Source: an uncultured delta proteobacterium (GTDB lineage: Bacteria; Desulfobacterota; Desulfobacteria; Desulfobacterales; UBA2156). From it: 64,000 nt of DNA. The stretch covers positions 64,001-128,000 of the forward strand of contig CAVTQK010000024.1 in the NCBI GenBank assembly GCA_963736855.1, in the 5' to 3' direction. Position numbers and translations under genes: made by a program. The notes below the pieces were generated by a model. It saw only the letters and a program-made list of their open reading frames with translations. It searched no databases and was not told the origin of the DNA. Below, in pieces: positions 10,285 through 18,890 of this stretch; position 1 is the stretch's first letter, and each line of letters opens with the position of its first letter.

Positions 10285-12162
10285 TTATTGATGCAAGAGG
10301 GGCCACCTCGAAAAGCCCTTAAGAGCCGCCATTTTCAACCAATCCGATGAATCTTTTATATGAAATAAAGCAAGTGCCTCTGTGAATTGATTTTCTCGAA
10401 GATATGACACAGCAAGACAGTAACGGGCTTTCGGGTCATCCATTTCAGGCATGATATCCTGGAAGCCGATACAATCAGTATCTAAATCCTGTTTTATGTT
10501 TCCTTTCAGATATTTTTCGGCCTTGGCGGTCGATAAAAAACCAGTATTCATTTTCGCGTTCGAATCGCCCATGTGGAATTGTTTAAGGAGAAGGGCCTGA
10601 TAGAAGCTTTCAATGGCGCGATCCCCGCGTTCAATGCCTGTCATTGCCAGACCCAGATAATAAAACAGTTCCGCAAACCTTGCTTTTTGTTCAATGACAG
10701 ATTCCAGGACGGAGACGGCTTCACTGAAATGCCCGGTTGCAACCAATGCCCTTCCCAGATCATTCTGGTAATTGATTCTTTCTGGCTTCAGTCTTGCCGC
10801 TTCTCGGAAATGAACAACGGCGTTCTCCATATCACCCTGCTTTGCCATGGAATGCCCGAGGGCGGATTGGGCCAGATAATTGTCTTCCGTCACCTCCACG
10901 GCATGCTGAAAGAGCGCGAAACTATTTTTCCAGTATCCGATCTGCTTGAAAGAAAGCATCGATAAAGGAAAAAGAAGCGCGATTGCAAGGAAGGCACAAA
11001 TGGTTTTAGATATTTTCCATTTTTCAACAAGCTCCGCGGCGGTCCATGTCATCATCAGGTAAATCCCGACGATGGGAAAATAGAGGTAACGATCCGCGAT
11101 TGAAAAATCTCCGACTTTGATCAACCCTGAAACCGGCGCAAGAGCCAACAAAAACCACAACCCTCCGACGATGAGATATCCGTGATTTCGGCGGAAATAA
11201 ATCGTAATGGCGAGTGTTCCTCCCACCAGAATTGATGAAAGCGTGGTGCTGAGTATTGAAACATCTGTTTTCAGCGGGTAGATGCAGGAAAGCTTCAAGG
11301 GCCAGAACATTTTTGCCGTGTACGCGGGATATGTTGTTATCGCGTTGGCGATCCGGTTTGGAAAGGGATAGTCGGATAAAGGAATGATACCTCCAGAACT
11401 TTGTTGGGCTAAAAGTGTTAGGATACAGATGGTAAGCGATAAGAAAAGAAAGGGGATTTTTTCAGCAAAAGCGCGCAGATAGGAAATTTTTGGGAGCACA
11501 TCGGCATTTGAGCATTTCAAACGATTAAGCGGCCAAAAGTCGATGAGAAGCAGGATGAAGGGTAAAGTCATGAATATTGACTTGGACATCAGGCTTGCCG
11601 CAAAGGATATAATGGAAAGGACATAAAATAAAGTATTTTTTTGTTTTGCATATTTTAGGTATGCCCATAATGCAAGGAATGAAAAAAAAGCACCCAGAAC
11701 GTCCTTTCTGCTCGATATCCAGGCAACGGGTTCCACATGAATGGGATGCAAGGCGAAAAGCGCGGCGATAAAGGCGCTCGGCCATAAGGCGGAAGTCATG
11801 GTATTTAATATTATAAATAGAAGGATCGTATTTAAAACGTGAAGCAAAAGATTGGTAAGATGATAGCCGCCTGGATGCAGACCATGCAACGAGGCGTCCA
11901 GCATCAAAGAGATCCACGTCATGGGGTGCCAGAACTCAGCCTTGAAGGTCGTAAAGGCCCACTTGATATTTGAAAGGGAGAGGCCTCCTTTCACATGAGG
12001 ATTGTCTGTGACATAGACAGTATCATCGATGATGAGGAAGTCGTGTCTTAGTGCCTGCCGGTAAAGAAAAAAAAGAGTCACGCAGAGAATAATGCAGACA
12101 AGCAGCGCGAATCGTTTCCGGAAACGCATAAGATCCGTTTTGTCGGCAACAGGATTTATCAT
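10285..12162 (-). CDS. TMTC-like GT-C membrane glycosyltransferase with C-terminal TPRs
   Basis: First-loop DD (DFLIIDDTVYVTDNPHV), WHPMT, FALHPIHVEPVAWISSRKD, ADRYLYFP, about 11 TM segments then TPR-like repeats. Confidence 0.8.
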   Translation of the reverse strand: MINPVADKTDLMRFRKRFALLVCIILCVTLFFLYRQALRHDFLIIDDTVYVTDNPHVKGGLSLSNIKWAFTTFKAEFWHPMTWISLMLDASLHGLHPGGYHLTNLLLHVLNTILLFIILNTMTSALWPSAFIAALFALHPIHVEPVAWISSRKDVLGAFFSFLALWAYLKYAKQKNTLFYVLSIISFAASLMSKSIFMTLPFILLLIDFWPLNRLKCSNADVLPKISYLRAFAEKIPFLFLSLTICILTLLAQQSSGGIIPLSDYPFPNRIANAITTYPAYTAKMFWPLKLSCIYPLKTDVSILSTTLSSILVGGTLAITIYFRRNHGYLIVGGLWFLLALAPVSGLIKVGDFSIADRYLYFPIVGIYLMMTWTAAELVEKWKISKTICAFLAIALLFPLSMLSFKQIGYWKNSFALFQHAVEVTEDNYLAQSALGHSMAKQGDMENAVVHFREAARLKPERINYQNDLGRALVATGHFSEAVSVLESVIEQKARFAELFYYLGLAMTGIERGDRAIESFYQALLLKQFHMGDSNAKMNTGFLSTAKAEKYLKGNIKQDLDTDCIGFQDIMPEMDDPKARYCLAVSYLRENQFTEALALFHIKDSSDWLKMAALKGFSRWPLLHQ

Positions 12163-12167
12163 GCACG

Positions 12168-13827
12168 TTAAGGCCGGATTTCACACAACCAATAGTCGGA
12201 AAAGGCAAAAAGCAAATAGGTATGGTCGTTTAAAAAATTCACCATTATTTTTCCATGATACGGACTCAACTCATTCGTCACCCAGCCAAGGAAAAGATCG
12301 GCACGAAGTAGAATGTGGGTGACTCCTTTTTGTTTCATGGCTTCTGAAATAGAATCAGCCGTATTCTTCTTTTTAATCTCCCGTTTCAACCATTCATATC
12401 CGAAAAACACATCTCGATCGCTGTAATAGCCTCTGTTTCCGATAAACAGAAAAAGAATTTTACTATTAGGAGGCAGATGCCGATTGGCATATCGAATCAC
12501 ACGATATTCCGGGCGATACTTTTCAATGTAGTCATCCCGGCTGACCTTTCCTGAAATATAGGAAAATGGATCGACTACATGGAATTGTTCTTTCAAATAA
12601 AAAGCATTTGGGATTAGAAGTACTGCCATGATTATGGGAGGTATCCACGAATGAAATGATCTTAAAAATGCTTTTCGGATCAATATATCTTCGATATGTT
12701 TCAATCCCAATATCGAAAGTATAACCAGGGGGGGGATTATTGAGCCTGCATAGCGGATCCGCATGTCAGATTGGAAAAATACAAGCAGAAGCAAAAGAAT
12801 CGAAAATAAAACAAAGAATTTGATTTCGAATTGCAGTTGTGGGACCTGATTTTTGAAACCGATGAACAGAAAAAGTGGAAAAATGAGCAGAAATGGATTG
12901 AGCTTTCCATCAAAATACTTTGGGTTGTCGTCTTTTCCTTCAAAAAAGATTCTGATGGGAATAGTAATAAGCTGCCACCAATTCTCATTATAGATGACCT
13001 TTCTTAAGGCAAAGGGTTTTAATGCATAGATCGATTCGGATTTCTGGGCGTCGGCATCGCTATTTAATGATGATGTTGCTTGAGAATGAAACCAATGATC
13101 GAAGAGGGGATAGACAGGATTTTGGGTCAGGATATAGTTTCGGATCATCCATGGCGAAAAGAGGATCAAAGATACCAGCACGAAAAGACCCGAATAACCC
13201 AGCGCTTTGACCTGGCTTGCAGGAATTTTTCGGGGATATCGGATATAGGCCACGGGAATGAAAAAAGCTAACAAAAGCAGTGATATCAATGCGTTGTATT
13301 TGGTTCCGAGAGAAAGGCCGCACATGATGCCGGAAAAAACAAGCCATCTCATTTTCGAGGTTTCAAGCCATTTTAGAAGAAGCAACAGGGATGCTGTGGT
13401 AAAAAAGATCAATCCCAAGATCCACGTATACTGTAATGGAAAGTTTGACGATGATAGGGATGGAAAGGAAAAAAAGGGCGCCGAGAAGAGCGTAGTGAGT
13501 CGCAACGCGTTTTTTTAAATAATTAAAAATCAGCCATGCCGTCATCAAGGCAAAAGAAAAATGTATCAGCTTCGGAAGGATGTCGTTTCCGAAATATAAA
13601 GGAATCATATAAAGAAGATCGAGGTTCATGGGATAATAGGAAAAAGGGATATCGGGGATTTCATGGATGCCGCCATGCTTTAAATAAAGCTTTGGGACGA
13701 ACAAATGATGAGTCAATGCGTCCCGGCAGACCGGGGGAACCCAGGAAAGGACCACGATAATACCGATTAAGACGATGATCAGAACGGCAATGGTTTTCCG
13801 GATGAGGCGTTCGGCTCTTGAGTTCAT
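12168..13827 (-). pseudogene. ArnT/PMT-like GT-C membrane glycosyltransferase split by one +1 frameshift (possibly assembly error)
   Basis: PPVCRDALTHHL, SYYPMN, GLSLGTKYN, PWMIRNY..NPVYP; frames join as TVYVDLG-LIFFTTASL if one base of the run at 13414-13416 is removed. Confidence 0.75.
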
Positions 13828-14999
13828 TTCAATCCCTTATCGAGTACTTCCGGTGGAATCAAAGCCGTATAAAGTTGACCATCAATTAAATATGCCGGTG
13901 TTCCCCGAACTCCCAGTTTGATCCCCTCAAGGATATCTTTTCGAAGGAGAAAACGGATTGCCGGGTCATTTCTTGCCCTGGCAAGGGCAAGATAGTCCAA
14001 TCCTGTTTTTTCACCGATTTCTTTGGTGTTAAAGTTTCTTTTCTGGTCTGCGATTTCAAATAAAAAGTCGCTGGTTTTCCAAAATTTGTTTTGTGCTGCA
14101 GCGTAGATAGCCATGAGGGACATATCGCCGGATCCTCCGTGAAACGATTCTTTGACCAGATTATTAAATCGGTGATCCATGGGGAAATGCCGATGGATGA
14201 GCCGGATCTTTCCCGGGTTTTGCTGAATCAGAGTACGCAAAAAAAAATGCATTTTTTTGCACTGGAAGCACTGGTAGTCTGTGAATTCGGTGATGGTCAG
14301 CAATGGATTCTCGGCACCGATCCAGGGATGTCCCTCTATGGTAAATCCTGTGGGAATATCCTCAGAAAGCGGGGGCGCAGGAGTGCGCCAATAAGCAGGC
14401 AATCCAATCCAGATTGCGATGACCGAGGCAAAAAAAGGAACAAATAAATAAGTCGTTTTTCTTTTGGTAAGGAAGATGAATCGAAGATCTTGTTTTAAGG
14501 CTGAAAAAAAGGAATCCGGATCGAAACGTCTGCGAATCAGCCATGAGAAAAATAGAACCAGGAGATTGACCACATAGGTGGCGATGCACATGATACAATA
14601 GGATCGAATATAATATGTTGAAACCAAGGCAAAAAATACGCTCGTGAGGCTGAAAACCAAAGCGATCGTTACAATTGACGCCCATATGCGTTTTGGAATT
14701 GCTTGTTTATCCCAAGCATAAAAGAGGAGCAAAGAAAGAAAAGCATAACCGTAAATGCCCCATAGAGAGACCGGTACGCCAAACAGAATCGAATAGGGAC
14801 TTTGGGAAACCGTATCGCAATTCAAAGACTGGGTAATGGCACAAAAACTGCGGTATCCCATATCGGTGTGAACTCGATAATGGGAAATGAAAAGATAGAT
14901 GGAATCGAGAAACCCGAAAATCGTGAGTCCGACCACGGGCAAAAAATAGGCCCTGTAGGGAAGCGGGGTAACGGTCTTTATTAAATCCGCCTTTGACAT
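13824..14999 (-). CDS. VKOR (vitamin K epoxide reductase family) fused to DsbA/thioredoxin domain
   Basis: VKOR cysteines FCAITQSLNC and CIMC, SQSPYSILFGVP; Trx domain EFTDYQCFQC, RHFP, cis-Pro loop GVRGTP. Confidence 0.9.
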   Translation of the reverse strand: MSKADLIKTVTPLPYRAYFLPVVGLTIFGFLDSIYLFISHYRVHTDMGYRSFCAITQSLNCDTVSQSPYSILFGVPVSLWGIYGYAFLSLLLFYAWDKQAIPKRIWASIVTIALVFSLTSVFFALVSTYYIRSYCIMCIATYVVNLLVLFFSWLIRRRFDPDSFFSALKQDLRFIFLTKRKTTYLFVPFFASVIAIWIGLPAYWRTPAPPLSEDIPTGFTIEGHPWIGAENPLLTITEFTDYQCFQCKKMHFFLRTLIQQNPGKIRLIHRHFPMDHRFNNLVKESFHGGSGDMSLMAIYAAAQNKFWKTSDFLFEIADQKRNFNTKEIGEKTGLDYLALARARNDPAIRFLLRKDILEGIKLGVRGTPAYLIDGQLYTALIPPEVLDKGLK

Positions 15000-15007
15000 C
15001 GATTATT

Positions 15008-17092
15008 TCATGTGAAGTTTTTAATTGCCTGACGGATGATCGGGGCGATGCGATTTTTTTCGATGGGAGGAAAAACCGGATCCTTTTCAGTCATATTCAG
15101 ATACTTTGTTATTGAAACCAAGTCGGAATGGGCTAAAAGTTTTTTAGCATAACGCTGAGCCTGATCCAAATCTTTCCCCCGAATAGCATTTTCAATGAGG
15201 AAAAAGTAAGGCATCATATCTTCGGGAGAGGATTTGGCCGCCCGGAGCAAGAACCATTCGGCATTTTTAAAACTTCCTAAACGGCTCAGTGCGACGCCTA
15301 AATTCAGCAAAACAGGGCCTTCCTCCGGTGCGGTTTTCAGTGCCGCTTGAAGGAACGGCAGGGCTTCTACATACCGGTTCTGCCATAATAGGACAAAACC
15401 CTTGAGGTTTGCATATTTATAGGTTTTCAATGCTCCGTGCTGCAATACGAAATCAAGATGCAGCGAAGCCTCCTCAAATCGTTTGAGAAGGATCAGGGTT
15501 TTGGCGAGGTCGTAACGATTTTTGATAAAAAATGGGTCGATGTCGAGGGCTTTCTCATAGTATGGTAAAGCGGTATCGAATTTTTCAACATTAAAAAATA
15601 CACCCGCGATATTTCCGTAAACCTCTGCCTGATACAAAGGGTTGGACACGTAAAGAGAGAGGGCCTTTTCCGATAAATAAAGTGCGAGAGACAAATCTTT
15701 TGAAGAGGCATTCTTTTTCCATCCCAGCTCGATGGCCAGATTCACCAGGGGTCTGGAGTTGCCGGGGGCCTTCTTAGCCGCATCCTCCCATAGGGATACA
15801 TTTGTGGCCCAAGCCATGTTACGGATATGAGTCCCTATTCCCAGATTGATTAGAAGCAAAACGGTAAAAGCAATAACGGCAACCGATGCCCACCCGATTT
15901 TTTTTAAATGACGGATCGAATGATGTATTAAAAGAGCGACGGGTAAAAAAAGAAAAGCGGAAGGAAGATAATTGCGGTGTTCGAAAATGATTTCAAGGGC
16001 AATAACAGAGGATTCGATCAGGTGATTGAGAAAGAAGAAAAGAACGGCAAAGCCGATAAGGGGGCGCTTTTTCAAAAGAATGACTCCAATGCCGAAAAGT
16101 GCGAAAACGATGAGAATCGACGGCAATGTTGTCCATGGATGCATCAGGGATTGGGAAAGGGGTATATCGTGATCAATGGAAAGCCGTTGGGGCAATGGAT
16201 AAAAAATCAAACTCAAATAAAAGAGGAGGACCCGGGGCTGAGTCAGGATACGTTCCATGAAAGAAAAGGATCGATGAGCGTATCCTTTTAAAAAGAAAAA
16301 GGGATCTCCTTTGGAATAATAGAGCAAAAAAACTAAGAGTATGAGAATCCCCAAGCATAATAGGAGGGTTTGGGATGTTTTTTGGAACATAGTTCTCAAC
16401 GAAAAGTCGAAAAAGGCGATTTCGAGGAGGATCAGTGCAAGGGGAAACATGGCAGCGTTTTCCTTGGAAGAAAAGCTGCATAGAAAACTGAGTGTGCATC
16501 CGCTGAAATAAATCACTTTTCTGGAGTTAATGGGTGTAAACCGGGCTTGGAGGTAGAGAAAGAGCCCCAAAAGATAAAACAGCGCGGCAAGGGCGGTCAT
16601 ACGCTGAACGATATATGTCACCGCCTGGGTTTGGATGGGGTTGATCGCCCACAGGGATGCACTCAGCAGTGAAACGAAGTAGATTTCTTCTGGTTTGTAT
16701 TTTCCCTCCAACATCGGAGTGTTAAACAGGCCTTTTGTTATTAAGAAAAGGACGAATGCGGTCAAAACATGGATGATAATGTTAATCCAGTGATACCCGA
16801 CAGGATCGTCCTTTCCGAAATACCAGTTCAAGGCAAAGGTGAAACAGGCAAATGGACGATATAACTTCTTAACGGTTCCCGGGTATGCAATAAAGGTCTG
16901 ATAGAGGGTTTCGGGCATGAGGTTATCGATGTGGAGGCGCTCATTGTCGAGGATGTTGGGTTTGTCGTCCATCTGCCAGGAGGCATGGATCGAATTGGCA
17001 TAAACCGGAAAGATGAGCAACGCCAGCAGAATCAGGGCAACACAATATCTTCCGGCATTCACGGAGCAAGCGTCGGCGCTATTTCCATTCAT
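15008..17092 (-). CDS. TMTC-like GT-C membrane glycosyltransferase with C-terminal TPRs
   Basis: WQMDDKPNI (DD), LYRP, WAINPIQTQAVTYIVQR, SKENA, EHRNYLPS, TPR tail; start set at ATG 17092 because the longer ORF runs through a MITE and terminator. Confidence 0.82.
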   Translation of the reverse strand: MNGNSADACSVNAGRYCVALILLALLIFPVYANSIHASWQMDDKPNILDNERLHIDNLMPETLYQTFIAYPGTVKKLYRPFACFTFALNWYFGKDDPVGYHWINIIIHVLTAFVLFLITKGLFNTPMLEGKYKPEEIYFVSLLSASLWAINPIQTQAVTYIVQRMTALAALFYLLGLFLYLQARFTPINSRKVIYFSGCTLSFLCSFSSKENAAMFPLALILLEIAFFDFSLRTMFQKTSQTLLLCLGILILLVFLLYYSKGDPFFFLKGYAHRSFSFMERILTQPRVLLFYLSLIFYPLPQRLSIDHDIPLSQSLMHPWTTLPSILIVFALFGIGVILLKKRPLIGFAVLFFFLNHLIESSVIALEIIFEHRNYLPSAFLFLPVALLIHHSIRHLKKIGWASVAVIAFTVLLLINLGIGTHIRNMAWATNVSLWEDAAKKAPGNSRPLVNLAIELGWKKNASSKDLSLALYLSEKALSLYVSNPLYQAEVYGNIAGVFFNVEKFDTALPYYEKALDIDPFFIKNRYDLAKTLILLKRFEEASLHLDFVLQHGALKTYKYANLKGFVLLWQNRYVEALPFLQAALKTAPEEGPVLLNLGVALSRLGSFKNAEWFLLRAAKSSPEDMMPYFFLIENAIRGKDLDQAQRYAKKLLAHSDLVSITKYLNMTEKDPVFPPIEKNRIAPIIRQAIKNFT

Positions 17093-17137
17093 GGACGTTG
17101 TATTCCAACAGGGGTATTTTTTAGTGGATTCAAATTT

Positions 17138-17290
17138 GATGGCTTCGTAAAAAGTCCAATTTCTGCGTTGCGCTTCATCCCGTTGCGATTTCGACGTACG
17201 ATAAGTACGCCTCATCACACGGGATTCGCGACGCCTTGAACTTGAACTTTTTACTTTGCCATCTGATTTTCGACTTTTTACGAGTTCATC
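17138..17290. mobile_element. 153-bp MITE, family A (divergent copy)
   Basis: Ends GATGGCTTCGTAAAAAGTC / GACTTTTTACGAGTTCATC; flanks AAATTT / AAATTG; same length and layout as copies at 36666, 43140, 47467. Confidence 0.8.
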
Positions 17291-17386
17291 AAATTGTATA
17301 AATATAACACAATTTTTTAAAAATGATAAAGAATTAAACGGTTGTTGGGCTGCGGATTCATTAAAGAACCGATTTGAAAAAATTAA

Positions 17387-17413
17387 AACGGGAAAGCAAT
17401 ATGCTTTCCCGTT
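17387..17413 (-). terminator. Intrinsic terminator after pilin 1
   Basis: 12-bp stem AACGGGAAAGCA-ATA-TGCTTTCCCGTT followed by T-rich tract on minus strand. Confidence 0.7.
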
Positions 17414-17436
17414 AAATTGCTGAAGCTCGGCATGAC

Positions 17437-17853
17437 CTATCGGACTGAAATGAACTTGGTATTTACGTTGTTGTTCCAATAAGCAGATGCGGCCTGATAG
17501 TCGGGAGGACAACGCCCGCTTCCGTCCGTCACCGTGATGGTGATGTTGATATTCGGATCCAAACCGGTGATGGTGCCGGAATTGATGCTTACGCCTTCCC
17601 CGGAGAATCGGTATCCTAAGCTGTTGTTGAGATTCGCGATAGCGGGCGTGGAAGTACGGTTTGGGACGGCAAAGTAATCCGCAATGGCCGAGGAAATCCC
17701 GTCCGCATCCATCTCTGCTCGGGTGCAGAAGGATTTGTTCCGATAGGCGATGAAGTTGGGGATGGCGATGGCCGCCAGGATGCCGATGATGGCCACGACG
17801 ATCATCAGCTCGATCAGGGTAAAGCCCTTTTGAATTTTCAAGCGATCCGGCAT
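17437..17853 (-). CDS. pilA: Type IVa pilin 1 (10-aa leader, 128-aa mature)
   Basis: [32 protein letters not shown] before ATG 17853. Confidence 0.93.
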   Translation of the reverse strand: MPDRLKIQKGFTLIELMIVVAIIGILAAIAIPNFIAYRNKSFCTRAEMDADGISSAIADYFAVPNRTSTPAIANLNNSLGYRFSGEGVSINSGTITGLDPNINITITVTDGSGRCPPDYQAASAYWNNNVNTKFISVR

Positions 17854-17913
17854 GAATTTTCCTCCTAAAAAAGGGATCGACGACAAACCTGATTGGACGT
17901 ATCTGAATTGTAC

Positions 17914-17929
17914 AGCAAAAAACGAGCCA
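17914..17929 (-). promoter_or_regulatory. sigma54 -24/-12 promoter of pilin 1
   Basis: TGGCTCGTTTTTTGCT on minus strand, GG-N10-GC spacing. Confidence 0.75.
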
Positions 17930-17956
17930 AGATAAAGTTTTTTACCAATATAATTA

Positions 17957-17969
17957 TAATTAATTGATA
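17957..17969. promoter_or_regulatory. IHF-like binding site, pilin 1 promoter
   Basis: TAATTAATTGATA matches YAANNNNTTGATW, between the sigma54 box and the putative UAS. Confidence 0.55.
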
Positions 17970-18049
17970 TAATTAGAATTTAGTGAAAATATAAGAGGGA
18001 TTGGATACGCTAAGGGAGATACAAACAGTAACAAAAAAACGCTATTCTA

Positions 18050-18061
18050 CAAAAATTTGTC
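18050..18061. promoter_or_regulatory. Putative PilR upstream activating site, pilin 1
   Basis: CAAAAATTTGTC about 120-130 bp upstream of the sigma54 box; same motif twice upstream of pilin 2. Confidence 0.4.
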
Positions 18062-18150
18062 TCCGTCAGGAAGTTCCCGCGTTTGAAAGAAAAACAGTTT
18101 CCCGGCGATTGAATACGAGTGCTGACACCAGGCCTGCTGAGAAAAAAATA

Positions 18151-18183
18151 AAAAAAGGGAAGGCGAAATGCCTTCCCTTTTTT
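18151..18183. terminator. Intrinsic terminator after pilin 2
   Basis: AAAAAAGGGAAGGC-GAAAT-GCCTTCCCTTTTTT perfect 14-bp inverted repeat. Confidence 0.85.
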
Positions 18184-18201
18184 AAATTAGTTCGTTGAAA
18201 G

Positions 18202-18637
18202 TTAGCGCACCGAGATGTATTTCGTGAAAACACCCATGGTTGCAGCGCCATCAGGAGACCAGTATGCGGCTGCTGTGCGATAGTCTGATCGGACAGCGAC
18301 CGCTCATGTCCGTTACCGTAATGGTGATTCTGACATTGACATCGTTGGCGGTAATGCTTCCCGAGTTTCGGCTGGCGCCTTCACCGGAGAAGCGGAAGCC
18401 CCCGCCGCCTTGGAGTTGGGCTATAGTGGGAAGGGTAACATGTGTGGGTATGGCAAAATAATCCGAAAGGGCAGCCGCCAATCCATCCGCATCCGCTTCG
18501 GCCCGGGAGCAGAAAGATTTATTCCTGTAGGCAATGAAGTTCGGAATGGCGATGGCCGCCAGGATGCCGATGATGGCCACGACGATCATCAGCTCGATCA
18601 GGGTAAAGCCTTTTTGGGTTCTCAGACGACTCAACAT
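18202..18637 (-). CDS. pilA: Type IVa pilin 2, with +1 frameshift near 18289-18290 (as written, ORF stops at 18251)
   Basis: [12 protein letters not shown]; removing one base gives GRCPSDYRTAAAYWSPDGAATMGVFTKYISVR*, matching pilin 1 [26 protein letters not shown]. Confidence 0.88.
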
Positions 18638-18712
18638 GGTAATTTCCTCCTTTTTTGATTGTTGTTATTGAAAGATCTCAAAAGATCTCAAAAAGATTTT
18701 GAAAGGAAATGA

Positions 18713-18728
18713 TGCAAAAGGTAGGCCA
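18713..18728 (-). promoter_or_regulatory. sigma54 -24/-12 promoter of pilin 2
   Basis: TGGCCTACCTTTTGCA on minus strand, GG-N10-GC spacing. Confidence 0.75.
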
Positions 18729-18840
18729 GAATTTAGCCATCTTTGTTGAATAATGTTAACCGGCTGATAATCCATTGAAAATTAATTTTATTCCAAAGGC
18801 CGGCGCCTTATTCAGCCCATAAAATTTTCTTGCCGACGCC

Positions 18841-18871
18841 CAAATTTTGTCATTTCGTGGCAAAATTTGTC
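18841..18871. promoter_or_regulatory. Putative tandem PilR upstream activating sites, pilin 2
   Basis: CAAATTTTGTC (18841-18851) and CAAAATTTGTC (18861-18871), 20-bp period, 113-143 bp upstream of the sigma54 box. Confidence 0.45.
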
Positions 18872-18890
18872 GCGAGATAGCCCATCAGTT

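Noticed and set aside
17093..17512. 140-aa N-terminal extension of the 834-aa ORF
   Set aside because: Runs through a MITE, a terminator and the end of pilin 1; real start more likely ATG 17092
18671..18700. AAAGATCTCA x2 plus a partial third copy in the pilin 2 leader
   Set aside because: Too short to distinguish from slippage in AT-rich DNA; not shared with pilin 1
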